Shown: positions 27,436 through 39,650 of the stretch, piece after piece
Layout: every line of letters starts with the position of its first letter
Numbering within the stretch: position 1 is the stretch's first letter
Assembly (NCBI GenBank): GCA_964016885.1
Contig: OZ024746.1
Coordinates: 92,380,001 to 92,444,000, forward strand
Reading direction: 5' to 3'
Length of the DNA stretch: 64,000 nt
DNA from: Eledone cirrhosa
Taxonomy: Eukaryota
The notes under the pieces: model-generated
The model's database searches: none
What the model saw: the letters and a program-made list of their open reading frames with translations, nothing else
Told to the model about the DNA's origin: nothing
Translations under genes and position numbers: made by a program

Positions 27436-27750
27436 TTACCACTTCTATATATATATATATGTGTGTGTTTGTGTATCTCTGGTTCAGTCGGGGTTAACCA
27501 CAGTAAGTAAGGTAGTCAATACATAGCAGAGTATAAATATTTAATATAGAACTGGCTTCTACAAGACTAGAACTGTTTCATTCAAAGAACTATACTGATG
27601 ATTTCCTTTGAATTAAACTGTTCTAGTCCTGTAGAAGCCAGTTTTATATATATATATATACAGAGAGAGAGAGTAGTACCAAACTTGTCCTTTGGACTGA
27701 GTGCTCTACCAACGTTGGATATAACCTCTCATTTTTTCACTACCATATAT

Positions 27751-27930
27751 ATATTGTTACACTTTGGGGAGGTTCATGCTGCCAATAAAACATATGCACC
27801 TGTTGCATTTCATGTCAATTTATTATTATATTCTCCCAGTCAGATAGTTTAATAACCTGGTGGTTATTTAGTTGTTGATTGTCATCAAAGGCCTTTCATC
27901 ACACATTCTGTGACCTCCTCAGTGAATCCA
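27751..27930 (-). mobile_element. Single-arm copy of the HHR module family seen at 57929-58542, with HHR at 27885-27925
   Basis: ATATTGTTACACTTTGGGGAGGTTCATGCTGCCAATAA... aligns by eye with 57929 onward; minus strand reads TCA-CTGAGGA-G-GTCACA gaatg TGTGAT-GAAA-GGCC-TT-TGA. Confidence 0.75.
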
Positions 27931-28141
27931 AATACAAAGACAAAGTATATGTATACAATGTAATATAAATTTGAAGAAGTATAATTTTTGTTTCTGTAAG
28001 TAGAAGAAATTAGTTGAATATTCAGAAAATAGAACAAAAAAACAAATGTCTGATGTAATTGTAGTACTTAGTAGTTTAAGTAGGGTGATTCTCTCTTTCT
28101 CTCTCTCCGTATATATATATAGGGAGAGAGAGAGAGAGAGA

Positions 28142-28176
<35 letters not shown>

Positions 28177-28789
28177 CAAGAGAGAGAGAAAGAGAATCAA
28201 TTGTACATATGTTTTTATTGTCTATTACAGCAAAAATTGAAGATTCTACCATAAAATGTAATAATTCATTGTTAGAGTTACGATCATACAAATGATTCTA
28301 TATGAGAAGCATTCATAATTGTAAATAATTCTTCTCTTAGAAATAAATGGGAATAAGAAAGCCATTTCTCAAATCAGTCTTCTAAGTGATCAATATTGTC
28401 TTAAAACAAAATCAATCAGTACATTTACAGGAAGAGATTTGTTGGCACTCAGTATCCATTCTCATATGCTAACTTCTCAAGTATGCAATTATATATTTTG
28501 TTTCAGCTATTTTTTAATATATATTTATACTTGTAACCCAAGTACATCTACACCTACTTCTAAAATACAACATTTTAACTATAAAGTATTCTCCTTATAA
28601 TAGAAGAAAATTGCAAGAAATCCTTACAATTATCTTTACAAGTAATATCTGTAATGATCTCTCAAGTTTAACCTCTTTTATGCTGATGTTTTTCAAGATA
28701 GAATGTTTTTTTAGTCAAACTTATTGTTCTTTCAATATTTTTGAATTTATTCTTGAACTGATTGATTTATTCTTGATTGCTTGTCTCTT

Positions 28790-29700
28790 ACATTGATTGC
28801 TAGTGCTTCCCAGTGACTGCTAGTGTTTCACATTGATTTCTAGTATTTCACATTGATTGCTAGTGTTTCACATTGATTGCTAGTGTTTCACATTGATTGC
28901 TAGTTTTTCCCAGTGATTGTTAGTGTTTCACATTGATTTCTAGTGTTTCACAGTGATTGCTAGAGTTTCACATTGATTGCTACAGTTTCACAGTGATTGC
29001 TAGAATTTCACATTGGTTGCCTCTGTTTTACAGTGATTGCTAGTGTTTCACATTGATTGCTAGCGTTTCACAGTGATTGCTTGTTTCACAGTAATTGCTA
29101 GTGTTTCACAGAAATTGCTAGTGTTTCACAGTAATTGCTAGTGTTTCACAGTGATTGCTTGTGTTTCACATTGATTGCTAGTGTTTCACATTGATTGCTA
29201 GTGTTTCACACTGATTGCTAATGTTTCACAGTAATTGCTTGTCTCTCTCATTGATTGCTAGTGTTTTACAGTGATTGCTAGTGTTTCACAGTGATTGCTA
29301 GTGTTTCACAGTGATTGCTAGTGTTTCTCAGTGATTGCTAGTGTTTCACAGTGATTGCTTGTGTTTCACATTGATTGCTAGTGTTTCACATTGATTGCTA
29401 GTGTTTCACACTGATTGCTAATGTTTCACAGTAATCGCTTGTCCCTCACATTGATTGCTAGTGTTTTACAGTGATTGCTAGTGTTTCACAGTGATTGCTA
29501 GTGTTTCTCAGTGATTGCTAGTGTTTCACAGTGATTGCTTCTGTTTCATATTGATGCTAGTGTTTCACATTGATTGCTAGTGTTTCAAAGTAATCGCTTG
29601 TCCCTCACATTGATTGCTGGTGTTTCACAGTGATTGCTATTGTTTCACAGTGATTGCTAGTGTTTCACATTGATTGCTAGTGTTTCAAAATGATTGCTTG
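28790..29700. repeat. Minisatellite, 20-bp unit CACA(T/G)TGATTGCTAGTGTTT
   Basis: About 45 tandem copies. Confidence 0.95.
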
Positions 29701-30193
29701 ATTTGTTTGAAAGTTTGATGCTTTCTAAGATCTTTGTTTTTATTTTTTTTGTTTTCATCCCTGCTAATTCTATACTGAAAGCTTGCCAGTATGTTACCAA
29801 TTATAAGGAATACCAGTAATATACTGAGACATACTGACATTAGGCATCACTCTTAGTCAAAATAAATCAATATTTATTCATTCGGGTCTCTCTCTCGTAT
29901 TCCATTAAAAGTATGGCTTCACATTCTAACATTTATCTGTTAAGTCTTTTGTAAATGAAAGATAAAATGTTTTAACAAAGCACATGTGTGGCAGAGTATG
30001 TGTGTAAATATGTGACATCCACCACCATAACCATCTTACCTCTCGTGTCCTGGCCAGTAGGATGGAGAATAGATTGCCCTGGAGGACGGTGAGGGAGACA
30101 TGCTGAAACAATCACTCCACCTCGCAGGACTCACACTTACAGGCAGCCAACTTCACTCTATTAGCTGTGGGCAGGAGCCAAGAATTCCAGTGG

Positions 30194-31306
30194 TCTCCCC
30201 TGCTACAGGTTCTACCACAAACCTATCACATGAGTAGGGATGTGGTCTGGAGGAAACCAAGAATGCCAGAAGTCTCCCCTGCTACAGCTTCTACCACAAA
30301 CCTATCACATGAGTAGGGATGTGGTCTGGAGGAAACCAAGAATGCTAGAAGTCTCCCCTGCTACAGCTTCTACCACAAACCTATCACATGAGTAGGGATG
30401 TGGTCTGGAGGAAACCAAGAATGCTAGAAGTCTCCCCTGCTACAGCTTCTACCACAAACCTATCACATGAGTAGGGATGTGGTCTGGAGGAAACCAAGAA
30501 TGCTAGAAGTCTCCCCTGCTACAGCTTCTACCACAAACCTATCACATTAGTAGGGATGTGGTCTGGAGGAAACCAAGAATGCCAGAAGTCTCCCCTGCTA
30601 CAGCTTCTACCACAAACCTATCACATGAGTAGGGATGTGGTCTGGAGGAAACCAAGAATGCTAGAAGTCTCCCCTGCTACAGCTTCTACCACAAACCTAT
30701 CACATGAGTAGGGATGTGGTCTGGAGGAAACCAAGAATGCCAGAAGTCTCCCCTGCTACAGCTTCTACCACAAACCTATCACATGAGTAGGGATGTGGTC
30801 TGGAGGAAACCAAGAATGCTAGAAGTCTCCCCTGCTACAGCTTCTACCACAAACCTATCACATGAGTAGGGATGTGGTCTGGAGGAAACCAAGAATGCCA
30901 GAAGTCTCCCCTGCTACAGCTTCTACCACAAACCTATCACATGAGTAGGGATGTGGTCTGGAGGAAACCAAGAATGCCAGAAGTCTCCCCTGCTCTACCA
31001 CAAACCTATCACATGAGTAGGGATGTGGTCTGGAGGAAACCAAGAATGCCAGAAGTCTCCCCTGCTCTACCACAAACCTATCACATGAGTAGGGATGTGG
31101 TCTGGAGGAAACCAAGAATGCCAGAAGTCTCCCCTGCTCTACCACAAACCTATCACATGAGTAGGGATGTGGGCTGGAGGAAACCAAGAATGCCAGAAGT
31201 CTCCCCTGCTCTACCACAAACCTATCACATGAGTAGGGATGTGGGCTGGAGGAAACCAAGAATGCCAGAAGTCTCCCCTGCTACAGGCTCTACCACAAAC
31301 CTATCA
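30194..31306. repeat. Minisatellite, 79-bp unit switching to a 72-bp variant in the 3' part
   Basis: Highly homogeneous tandem copies; a 7-bp deletion (ACAGCTT) in consecutive copies from about 30990. Confidence 0.96.
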
Positions 31307-32215
31307 AAGAGCAGCTGAAACGTGGACAGTTTGCTCCCTTCAGTCTGGTAGACAGCAGAGCCTACCTCTGTGTCTATTACTTCTATTTGATGATTAAGAT
31401 TGTATCTTTACTGTAGTTAACTTCAAAAGTCATGATATATTTTAAATCTGTGTCTGCCATTGTAGCACTAATCAAAAATCGTAAGTCTGGCACCGTATGA
31501 GAGTTCCTGAAATATTGCAATCACTTCAATCCCTTTCTTTGACATATTTTCGACAAGAATATAATCCTTAACTCTTAAATACTTGTACTGCATGAAAATG
31601 AATTAACAAAACATTCTTGAAATGTAAAAAACAAAAACAAAAAAGTCTTTAAAATTAAAATCTTAACTCCAATACTGCAATTTTTTATAATAATTTGTTC
31701 TCTAGTGAATATGCTATAAACATTTGAAATAACACATTTTCATGTCTTTTCTGCTAAATTATTAACTCATTAAGAGTTAATGAATAAAATATATAAATAA
31801 TTGTCTCATGTTTGAGGCAAAATTTCACCTTAGTCTCAGAGATCTTGAAAAGTTTGGCTTTGTTGATTATGATAATACATATAGGTACCATCATTTTTAC
31901 AAATGTTTTTTCCAATCTTGAGTTAGAGGAGCTTTCTGCAATACAGCATCTCTCTTAGAATCTTCTTTGTGAAGTCCAGTATCCTCCTGTTTTCACCACG
32001 TTTTCCTGTGCCATCCTTAGACTTCCTTTTTATCTTCCTTTCCCTCAGAGTTTCTATCACTTATTCACCTAGTCATCATCATCATCCATGTCAATTACAT
32101 CTAATCTCTACACAATGTATGCTTCTTTTATTCAGCTTTTATCTCACTTCATCTTTACTTTGTCATTCATACATACTAACATTATACAATCAGCAGATGT
32201 ACACAGACATAGTGC

Positions 32216-33610
32216 TAATGACATAGACAGTGTCTTTCATTAGAAACATGGTAATGACAGGGTTAATGACATATACTGTGTCTTTCATTAGAAATATGGT
32301 AGTGAAAGGGTTAATGACATAGACAGTGTCTTTCATTAGAAACAGGTAATGAAAGGGTTAATGACGTAGACAGTGTCTTTCATTAGAAACATGGTAATGA
32401 AAGGGTTAATGACATAGACAGTGTCTTTGATTAGAAATATGGTAATGAAAGGGTTAATGACATAGACAGTGTCTTTGATTAGAAACATGGTAATGAAAGG
32501 GTTAATGACATAGACAATGTCTTTGATTAGAAACATGGTAATGAAAGGGTTAATGACATAGACAGTGTCTTTCATTAGAAACATGGTAATGAAAGGGTTA
32601 ATGACATAGAGAGTGTCTTTCATTAGAAACATGGTAATGAAAGGGTTAATGACATAGACTGTGTCTTTCATTAGAAATATGGTAGTGAAAGGGTTAATGA
32701 CATAGACAGTGTCTTTCATTAGAAACATGGTAATGAAAGGGTTAATGACATAGATTGTGTCTTTCATTAGAAATATGGTAGTGAAAGGGTTAATGACATA
32801 GACAGTGTCTTTCATTAGAAACATGGTAATGAAAGGGTTAATGACATAGACAATGTCTTTGATTAGAAACATGGTAATGAAAGGGTTAATGACATAGACA
32901 GTGTCTTTCATTAGAAACATGGTAATGAAAGGGTTAATGACATAGACAGTGTCTTTCATTAGAAACATGGTAATGAAAGGGTTAATGACATAGACAGTGT
33001 CTTTGATTAGAAACATGGTAATGAAAGGGTTAATGACATAGACAGTGTCTTTCATTAGAAACATGGTAATGAAAGGGTTAATGACATAGACAGTGTCTTT
33101 CATTAGAAACATGGTAATGAAAGGGTTAATGACATAGACAGTGTCTTTGATTAGAAACATGGTAATGAAAGGGTTAATGACATAGACAGTGTCTTTCATT
33201 AGAAACATGGTAATGAAAGGGTTAATAACATAGACAATGTCTTTGATTAGAAACATGGTAATGAAAGGGTTAATGACATAGACAGTGTCTTTGATTAGAA
33301 ATATGGTAATGAAAGGGTTAATGACATAGACAGTGTCTTTGATTAGAAACATGGTAATGAAAGGGTTAATGACATAGACAGTGTCTTTCATTAGAAACAT
33401 GGTAATGAAAGGGTTAATAACATAGACAATGTCTTTGATTAGAAACATGGTAATGAAAGGGTTAATGACATAGACAGTGTCTTTCATTAGAAACATGGTA
33501 ATGAAAGGGTTAATAACATAGACAATGTCTTTGATTAGAAACATGGTAATGAAAGGGTTAATGACATAGACAGTGTCTTACATTAGAAATATGGTAATGA
33601 AGGGGTTAAT
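32216..33610. repeat. Minisatellite, 48-bp unit GACATAGACAGTGTCTTTCATTAGAAACATGGTAATGAAAGGGTTAAT
   Basis: About 29 tandem copies; explains the 402-aa repetitive ORF. Confidence 0.97.
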
Positions 33611-34399
33611 ACAGTTCTCTGGCATATCCAGCATGACATAAGGAGTGACATGGCTGGTCTTTTCAATTACAAGTACAACTTATTTTTACCAGCTGATTGA
33701 CTGCTGGAGCAACATAAAATAAAGTGTCTTGCTGAACGACACAATGTGTTGCGGAGAATCAAATTTATGGTTGTGAACCAAACACTGAAGCCACTAAACC
33801 AGGTACCTTCATATTGGTAGTATTATTCTGTTGTCCCCAGGTACCTTCATGTTGGTACCTTCAGATTACTCTGCTGTCCCCAGGTAGCTTCAACTCAAAC
33901 TGTTCCATGTCATTCTCACTGCCTATCATCTTGTGTGATGTGTGTTGTGTGTGTGTGTCTGTTGTGCATGTGTGTGTTGCGTGTGGTGTGTGTGTGTGTC
34001 GTGTGTGTATGTGTGTGGTGTTTATATGTGTGTGTGTGATGTGGTGTGTATGATTTTACTGCTAAATAGATATGAAGGTATTGATTTATAAACCCTGTTT
34101 TCCTTAAAAGCTAAAATATCAAATAAATATTTTAAAAATCTATGAAATGTTTCTAAAGAGAAAGCTCCATAATGTGTGTTTGTATGAATTATTTTGTATG
34201 AATGATTAATGAAGACATTGACGTAAATGTAACTATTGCCAACCTTCATCTGCTGTAATAGTCTTGATATTGCTAAATCTACTGGTATCAGCACCACTTT
34301 AGGGGGTCATTGGGTACCTTTAACAGAATTCCCTCACTTACATGTATTCATACCAGACCTCTCAACTCTCTTCACACATTTTAGTTTCTTTTCATGTCC

Positions 34400-34640
34400 T
34401 TCCTCTCAACTGTTCTTTAGAGAATGGTCTTCGTCAAACCATCAGATCTTCTCATGTCACTGTATTTTCTCATTTTTCTCTTCTTGACAGTTGTTAACAT
34501 GTTGTCTACATGTTGCCTGATTGCAATGTTTTTCTTGCTTATGTCTTCCATGTAGGAGATGCCATGGACTTTTCTGTTGCATCTCATTTCAAATGTCAGT
34601 ATTTTCTTCTGTAATTCCACTGTGAGCATTTGGTGTCAAT
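34400..34640 (-). mobile_element. RTE-clade LINE fragment
   Basis: LQKKILTFEMRCNRKVHGISY...LTTVKKRKM...RSDGLTKTIL resembles the RTE C-terminal region. Confidence 0.7.
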
Positions 34641-35121
34641 GGAATGACTTTATTACAAATAAAAAATCAGGCAACAAACAGTTCAGCAACCAGTATTGCC
34701 AAAATTCTGCAAAAGGCACCTTGGCTAGTTTGGACACCTTCTCAGACTGCTACAAACAAGACCAGTCAGCCAAACTTGGTGCTGGGTTGCAGGAGGCAAA
34801 GGAAATCAAAGAAGATCTAAAATGGTTTGACATCAACACATTGTGTAAGATCTATGACTGGTAAACAGGAAATGTAAGGATGTACCTATCCTGGCTTGGG
34901 ATAGGAAAGGTTGGATTACTCTGTCTCATGTGTCTTAAGACATGGGAGACTTCTATGTCTAAGTCTTAACACTGTGCTAAAGATGTCATAGTTACAGATA
35001 AGTGAAAAGGACCAGAAGCTATTGTACTGAAGTCATGTCCAGTTTACAGCAGCTTCACTGTGACCACTCCCAATATATACAGGAACAGAGGGGACAGTGG
35101 AAACAAAGCAAAATTACCTGA

Positions 35122-35512
35122 CTCAAGATATGGGGGCTTCTAAGTCTAAGTCATCCATGTCTCAAGACATGGGGGCTTCTTAGACTAAGTCATCCATGTA
35201 CAAGACATGGGGGCTTCTAAGTCTAAGTCATCCATGTCTCAAGATATGGGGGCTTCTAAGACTAAGTCATCCATGTCTCAAGATATGGGGGCTTCTAAGA
35301 CTAAGTCATCCATGTCTCAAGATATGGGGCTTCTTAGACTAACTCATCCATATCACAAGACATGGGGGCTTCTAAGTCTAAGTCATCCATGTCTCAAGAT
35401 ATTGGGGCTTCTAAGACTAAGTCATCCATGTCTCAAGATATTGGGGCTTCTAAGACCAAGTCATCCATGTCACAAGACATAGGGGCTTCTAAGTCTAAGT
35501 CATCCATGTCTC
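35122..35512. repeat. Minisatellite, 39-bp unit CTCAAGATATGGGGGCTTCTAAGACTAAGTCATCCATGT
   Basis: About 10 tandem copies. Confidence 0.93.
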
Positions 35513-35895
35513 ACAAATGGAGAGCACTAGTGCATGCATGAGTTTCAGTTCAATTTTGAGACTGTTATTGCCATATTGGTCATATTAAGGCAGGTGTATA
35601 GACTCCGGTTAGAGAGACTGCCTTTGATGTCTGGCAGCTGGATTACCGGTGATTAGCTCACTGGTCTTCACCCACTCCTTAAAGCTCTTACACCTGGCTC
35701 CTAATTCGAAACCCTATAAATCACTTCCTAGACTTAACATAAAACACAGACATTGTTCTGCAGCTTGTTATTCTCTGACCTAAGAGTATATGTAATATCT
35801 AACAGTTTACCTATTTGTCTGCATCAGTCTTAATACACCTAAAATTGGGGTTTATACTTTTTATTTCCCTCTTTCTGGTCATTTCTGCCTACATA

Positions 35896-36089
35896 CGAGG
35901 GCTGGCTGAAAAGTTCTTAGGCTGACTATGAAAGTGTAATGCTAGAGCTGTGAAATCTTGCATTAATTTCAACTCTTCTTATTAATAACTACATTGTTTC
36001 TTTCCAGAGACTATGTTGAAAAATAAACCTCATTTAGTCATTCCATGAGAGTATCTTGGTCAGCCTATGAACTTTTCATCAGACCCTCA
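35896..36089. mobile_element. Tc1/mariner-type MITE
   Basis: TA-CGAGGGCTGGCTGAAAAGTTC...GAACTTTTCATCAGACCCTCA-TA: imperfect TIRs with TA on both sides. Confidence 0.8.
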
Positions 36090-37349
36090 TATTTTTATAT
36101 TTGTACAGTTTCTTCATTTCTTTGAAAAATGTAACAATTCTAGCATTATCAGCTTCAAACTTTAGGAAGTTGAATCAATCATTCATTTCCAGAAAAAAGT
36201 AGCATGAAGTAACGAGAGTATTATTAAAGACTTTTAATTATGTAAGAGCATAAAAATTGTAAGTACCTGTAATGCACTAGGTAATTGCTGGCCTTGTGCC
36301 AAAAGTAGAAACAATTATGTAAGAGCATTTAATAATAATAGGCCCCAGTACTTGACTGGTATTTTTTATCCCAGATAGGTGAAAGACAGGATTTGAAGCT
36401 TATGTTTTAATTTCAAATGTTTTTGTCTACAATTCTCACATTACTTCTTTACTCAGCTTCTATAAAAGAATAATAAATTGAACTTTGAAAACTTTGAAGA
36501 CAATTTAAGAACAGCTAATTCCCAATTGCCTCCAATAGAAATTGGCATATTTCTAAATTATTGAACTAATTACTTGATTTACTCTCTTTTGAAACCATCA
36601 ATCCAGAAAACCATTAAATATGAACCAGCAGGAATATTTCAACATTACCAATATTTCTCTCTCTCTGTCTTCTCTTATGTATTTTGTTTTACTTTTTCTT
36701 ATTTTACCATCTTTATTCTCACTAATGGTTCAGATATAAAGTATTCTTGACAATACAAATATATCTTTTGATGTTTGTGTGTTTTTCTGTATGATATAGA
36801 TATATTTATAATATTTATTTTATATATGTATATATATATATATATATATATGTATATTGTTTTTTTTCACTCTAAAACTATAAACTTGTAATATATGTCT
36901 ACACACACATACTGAAAATATGTTATATTAAAACTTTCCATCATAAATTTATATAAGATTTTTTTTTGTTAAGTAATGTTTCAAACAGCTTACTAATAAA
37001 AAGGTTATTTTTATTAAATACATCCAAATTGAAACATATAGGTCGTGTATTTCATTAGAAATGAGGTGAGGGGTTCAGTAAATGTTGAAATAGTCTACAG
37101 TTGTGGTTACCCCCAATTGAACCTGAGATAAACATATATATATATATACACATACACACACACACACACATGCTTGCATCACAACAGGATGGTAGTACAT
37201 GACCAACAACATATCCCCATGATTGCATAACCTATGATTGTATAAGCAACTGATGAAGCCACATGCATAACCATGTAACAGAAATATATATCATGTAATA
37301 AAGCAATTATGGTGAAGTAACCTTGTCTTAACTATTTTTAATTTGTGTG

Positions 37350-37385
<36 letters not shown>

Positions 37386-37542
37386 ATAAGGAAAATGTGA
37401 AGTTTGTTGTAGATGTTAAAGAGCCTTTTATTGATAAGGCTATGATACATATTTCAATGACGATCGTGGCTATGTGATATTTCAATCCTGTAACCAGCCA
37501 CATCATCAGGCAGCATATGTAATAAGGTTACACATATATATA

Positions 37543-37930
37543 CATCATCATCATTTTACGTCCGCTTTTCCCTGCTTGCAAGGGTGAGACGGGAACTGAT
37601 TCTGGCTTGATTTCTACAGCTGGATGCTCTTCCTAACACCAACCTCATTTACAGTGAGTGCTGGGTGCTTTTTTTTCCATGGCGCCTACACGTCCACTTT
37701 ACAGTGTGGGCTGGGTGCTTTTTTTTTTTTTCCGTGCCACCTCCACGACCACTTTGCAGTGGAATGATAGGGACCCCAGTCCTATCATCTCATTTCTACA
37801 GCTGAGTAAACTGAACAATGTGAAATAAAGTGTCTTGCTCAAGTAAACAATACATCACCTGGTCTGAGAATTGAACTCACAGCCTTTCGATTGCAAGGCC
37901 AATGCTCTAACCACTAAGCCATGTGCCTCC
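37543..37930 (-). mobile_element. Full-length tRNA-derived SINE, inverse copy of 6355-6696
   Basis: Reverse complement is nearly identical to 6355-6696 apart from one extra internal repeat. Confidence 0.88.
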
Positions 37931-37935
37931 ATATA

Positions 37936-39017
37936 TCTACTATATAAATTGGAAGTGGTCGGATGTTGTATATTTAAGTAAGTAGGTGTAGTCGGATAAA
38001 TGTCGAAACGGCTTGGTGGAATGCACCCAAAATTTACACAGTTATGCAGAATGACCCAAGGAGGCGTTGGCTCGACTTTCAAGCTACAAGCTGCCATGGT
38101 TACGGAGAAAATCGACGAAACAGGAATTTCCTATTCAAATTGAACTGAGAGTAATCTGTGAACGCAGAAGTAAATATTTCGAGAAACGTTGCAACCGAAC
38201 GAAAACAGGAAGACGATATTTTGGTTTGTGAAGACGTTCCCTGGCAATGAATGGGAAAAAAGCGAGGATAATACGTCGTTATGTGGACCGAGAAGAACAA
38301 TTTCATGCAAAGACAAGACCAAGTTTATGGTATAAATGGAGTCGTTAGACTAATATTCTATTTAAAATAACAGAATGATTTCCAGCCCCGGAGTTTAAGA
38401 ATGATGTAAATAAAATTGAAAACGAAAATGACAGAGGTTATTAAAACAGTAAAAGTAAATAGTGAAGATTTAGGCCAGTACATACGTATGTCCCAACGGA
38501 CATACACATACATACGCACACACAAATACATACACACCCACAAACACACACACGCACGCACGCACGCGTATGTATAAACCTTATGCATTTCTACAGTATT
38601 TTCACCATACTTAAGACATAGGTTACTTATGTATTCCGGATGGTCATGGGCACTTTCATTTTTTCAGATATTGATTATAGGCCCCCCCCCCCCTCCCCCG
38701 GCAGTTAACCCCCTTTAACCACTTTCTTGGAGTCGACTGAAGCACTGCAGTGCAATGCAACAAAACGTCATAACTTCTGGAGTTCACAACCAATTTTCAC
38801 AAAACTTGACACATGGGCTACGTTTGTCCTACAGATGAATCTGAACTCTCAGAATTGGCACATATTGAGTAGGGGACCCCTGGGGGCAGGAACCCTCTTT
38901 TGGAAAAAGCCGATGATTTTGTAAAAGTATAGTTTTTGAAGCAGCACTGAAGAATTGACATAAATGGTATACACAACTGCTATTTAATACCCGAGCAACG
39001 CCGGGTACCTCTGCTAG
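37936..39017 (+). mobile_element. Non-autonomous Helitron
   Basis: 5' A|TCTACTATATAAA, hairpin TACCCGAGCAACGCCGGGTA (38988-39007), 3' CTAG|T. Confidence 0.88.
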
Positions 39018-39077
39018 TATATATATAAATGCATAAAGTAAACAAATAACAAATCAAACAGCACAGTACAATATATA

Positions 39078-39177
39078 CAGGGTGTCCAAAAAAATGTATA
39101 CACACTTCAACAGCATTCTAACAAATATTGCCTGTACAGGTAATAAAAGTGTGTATACATTGTTTTGGAACACCATG
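39078..39177. mobile_element. 100-bp Tc1/mariner MITE
   Basis: TA-CAGGGTGTCCAAAAAAATGTATACACACTT...AAGTGTGTATACATTGTTTTGGAACACCATG-TA. Confidence 0.8.
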
Positions 39178-39329
39178 TATACCTCATCATCCCAGTCCTT
39201 ATCCTTTGCCCATATATTGTTATTCTTGATTTCATAAAACATCTAATTTAAGTTATGTTCATAAAACGTTGTCTCATATTTCTTCATATTCCATTTAAAA
39301 AACTTCAACATTTTTTTTTTTTTTTGCAG

Positions 39330-39369
39330 ATATGATGTGGATTCCAAAAGTGCTAACTTAGATAAACAT
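39330..39369 (+). CDS. Copine exon: (I)YDVDSKSANLDKH
   Basis: 40 nt; poly-T + gcAG acceptor, GTaagt donor; first base completes ATA with the previous exon; YDVDSKS..L.KH is the copine C2A Ca-binding loop segment. Confidence 0.93.
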
Positions 39370-39616
39370 GTAAGTAAAACTAGTTCTTAGATAAACATGT
39401 AAGTAAAACTAGTTCTCACTTAGATAAACATGTAAGTAAAACTAGTTCTTAGATAAACTTGGAAGTAAAACTAGTTTTAACTTGTAATTAGACATTTTAG
39501 TTTTTTTTCTCTTTCGTTTTTCTTTGAATTCTTGTTACTTCAATGTCATCATCTTCATGGTTTTTAAAAGGAAAATATACATGTGCTACATATACATTTT
39601 ACATACACAAACACAT

Positions 39617-39650
<34 letters not shown>

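Noticed and set aside
32336-33544. 402-aa ORF with 16-aa repeats
   Set aside because: Simply the 48-bp minisatellite in a stop-free frame; intronic and antisense, with no splice or domain evidence
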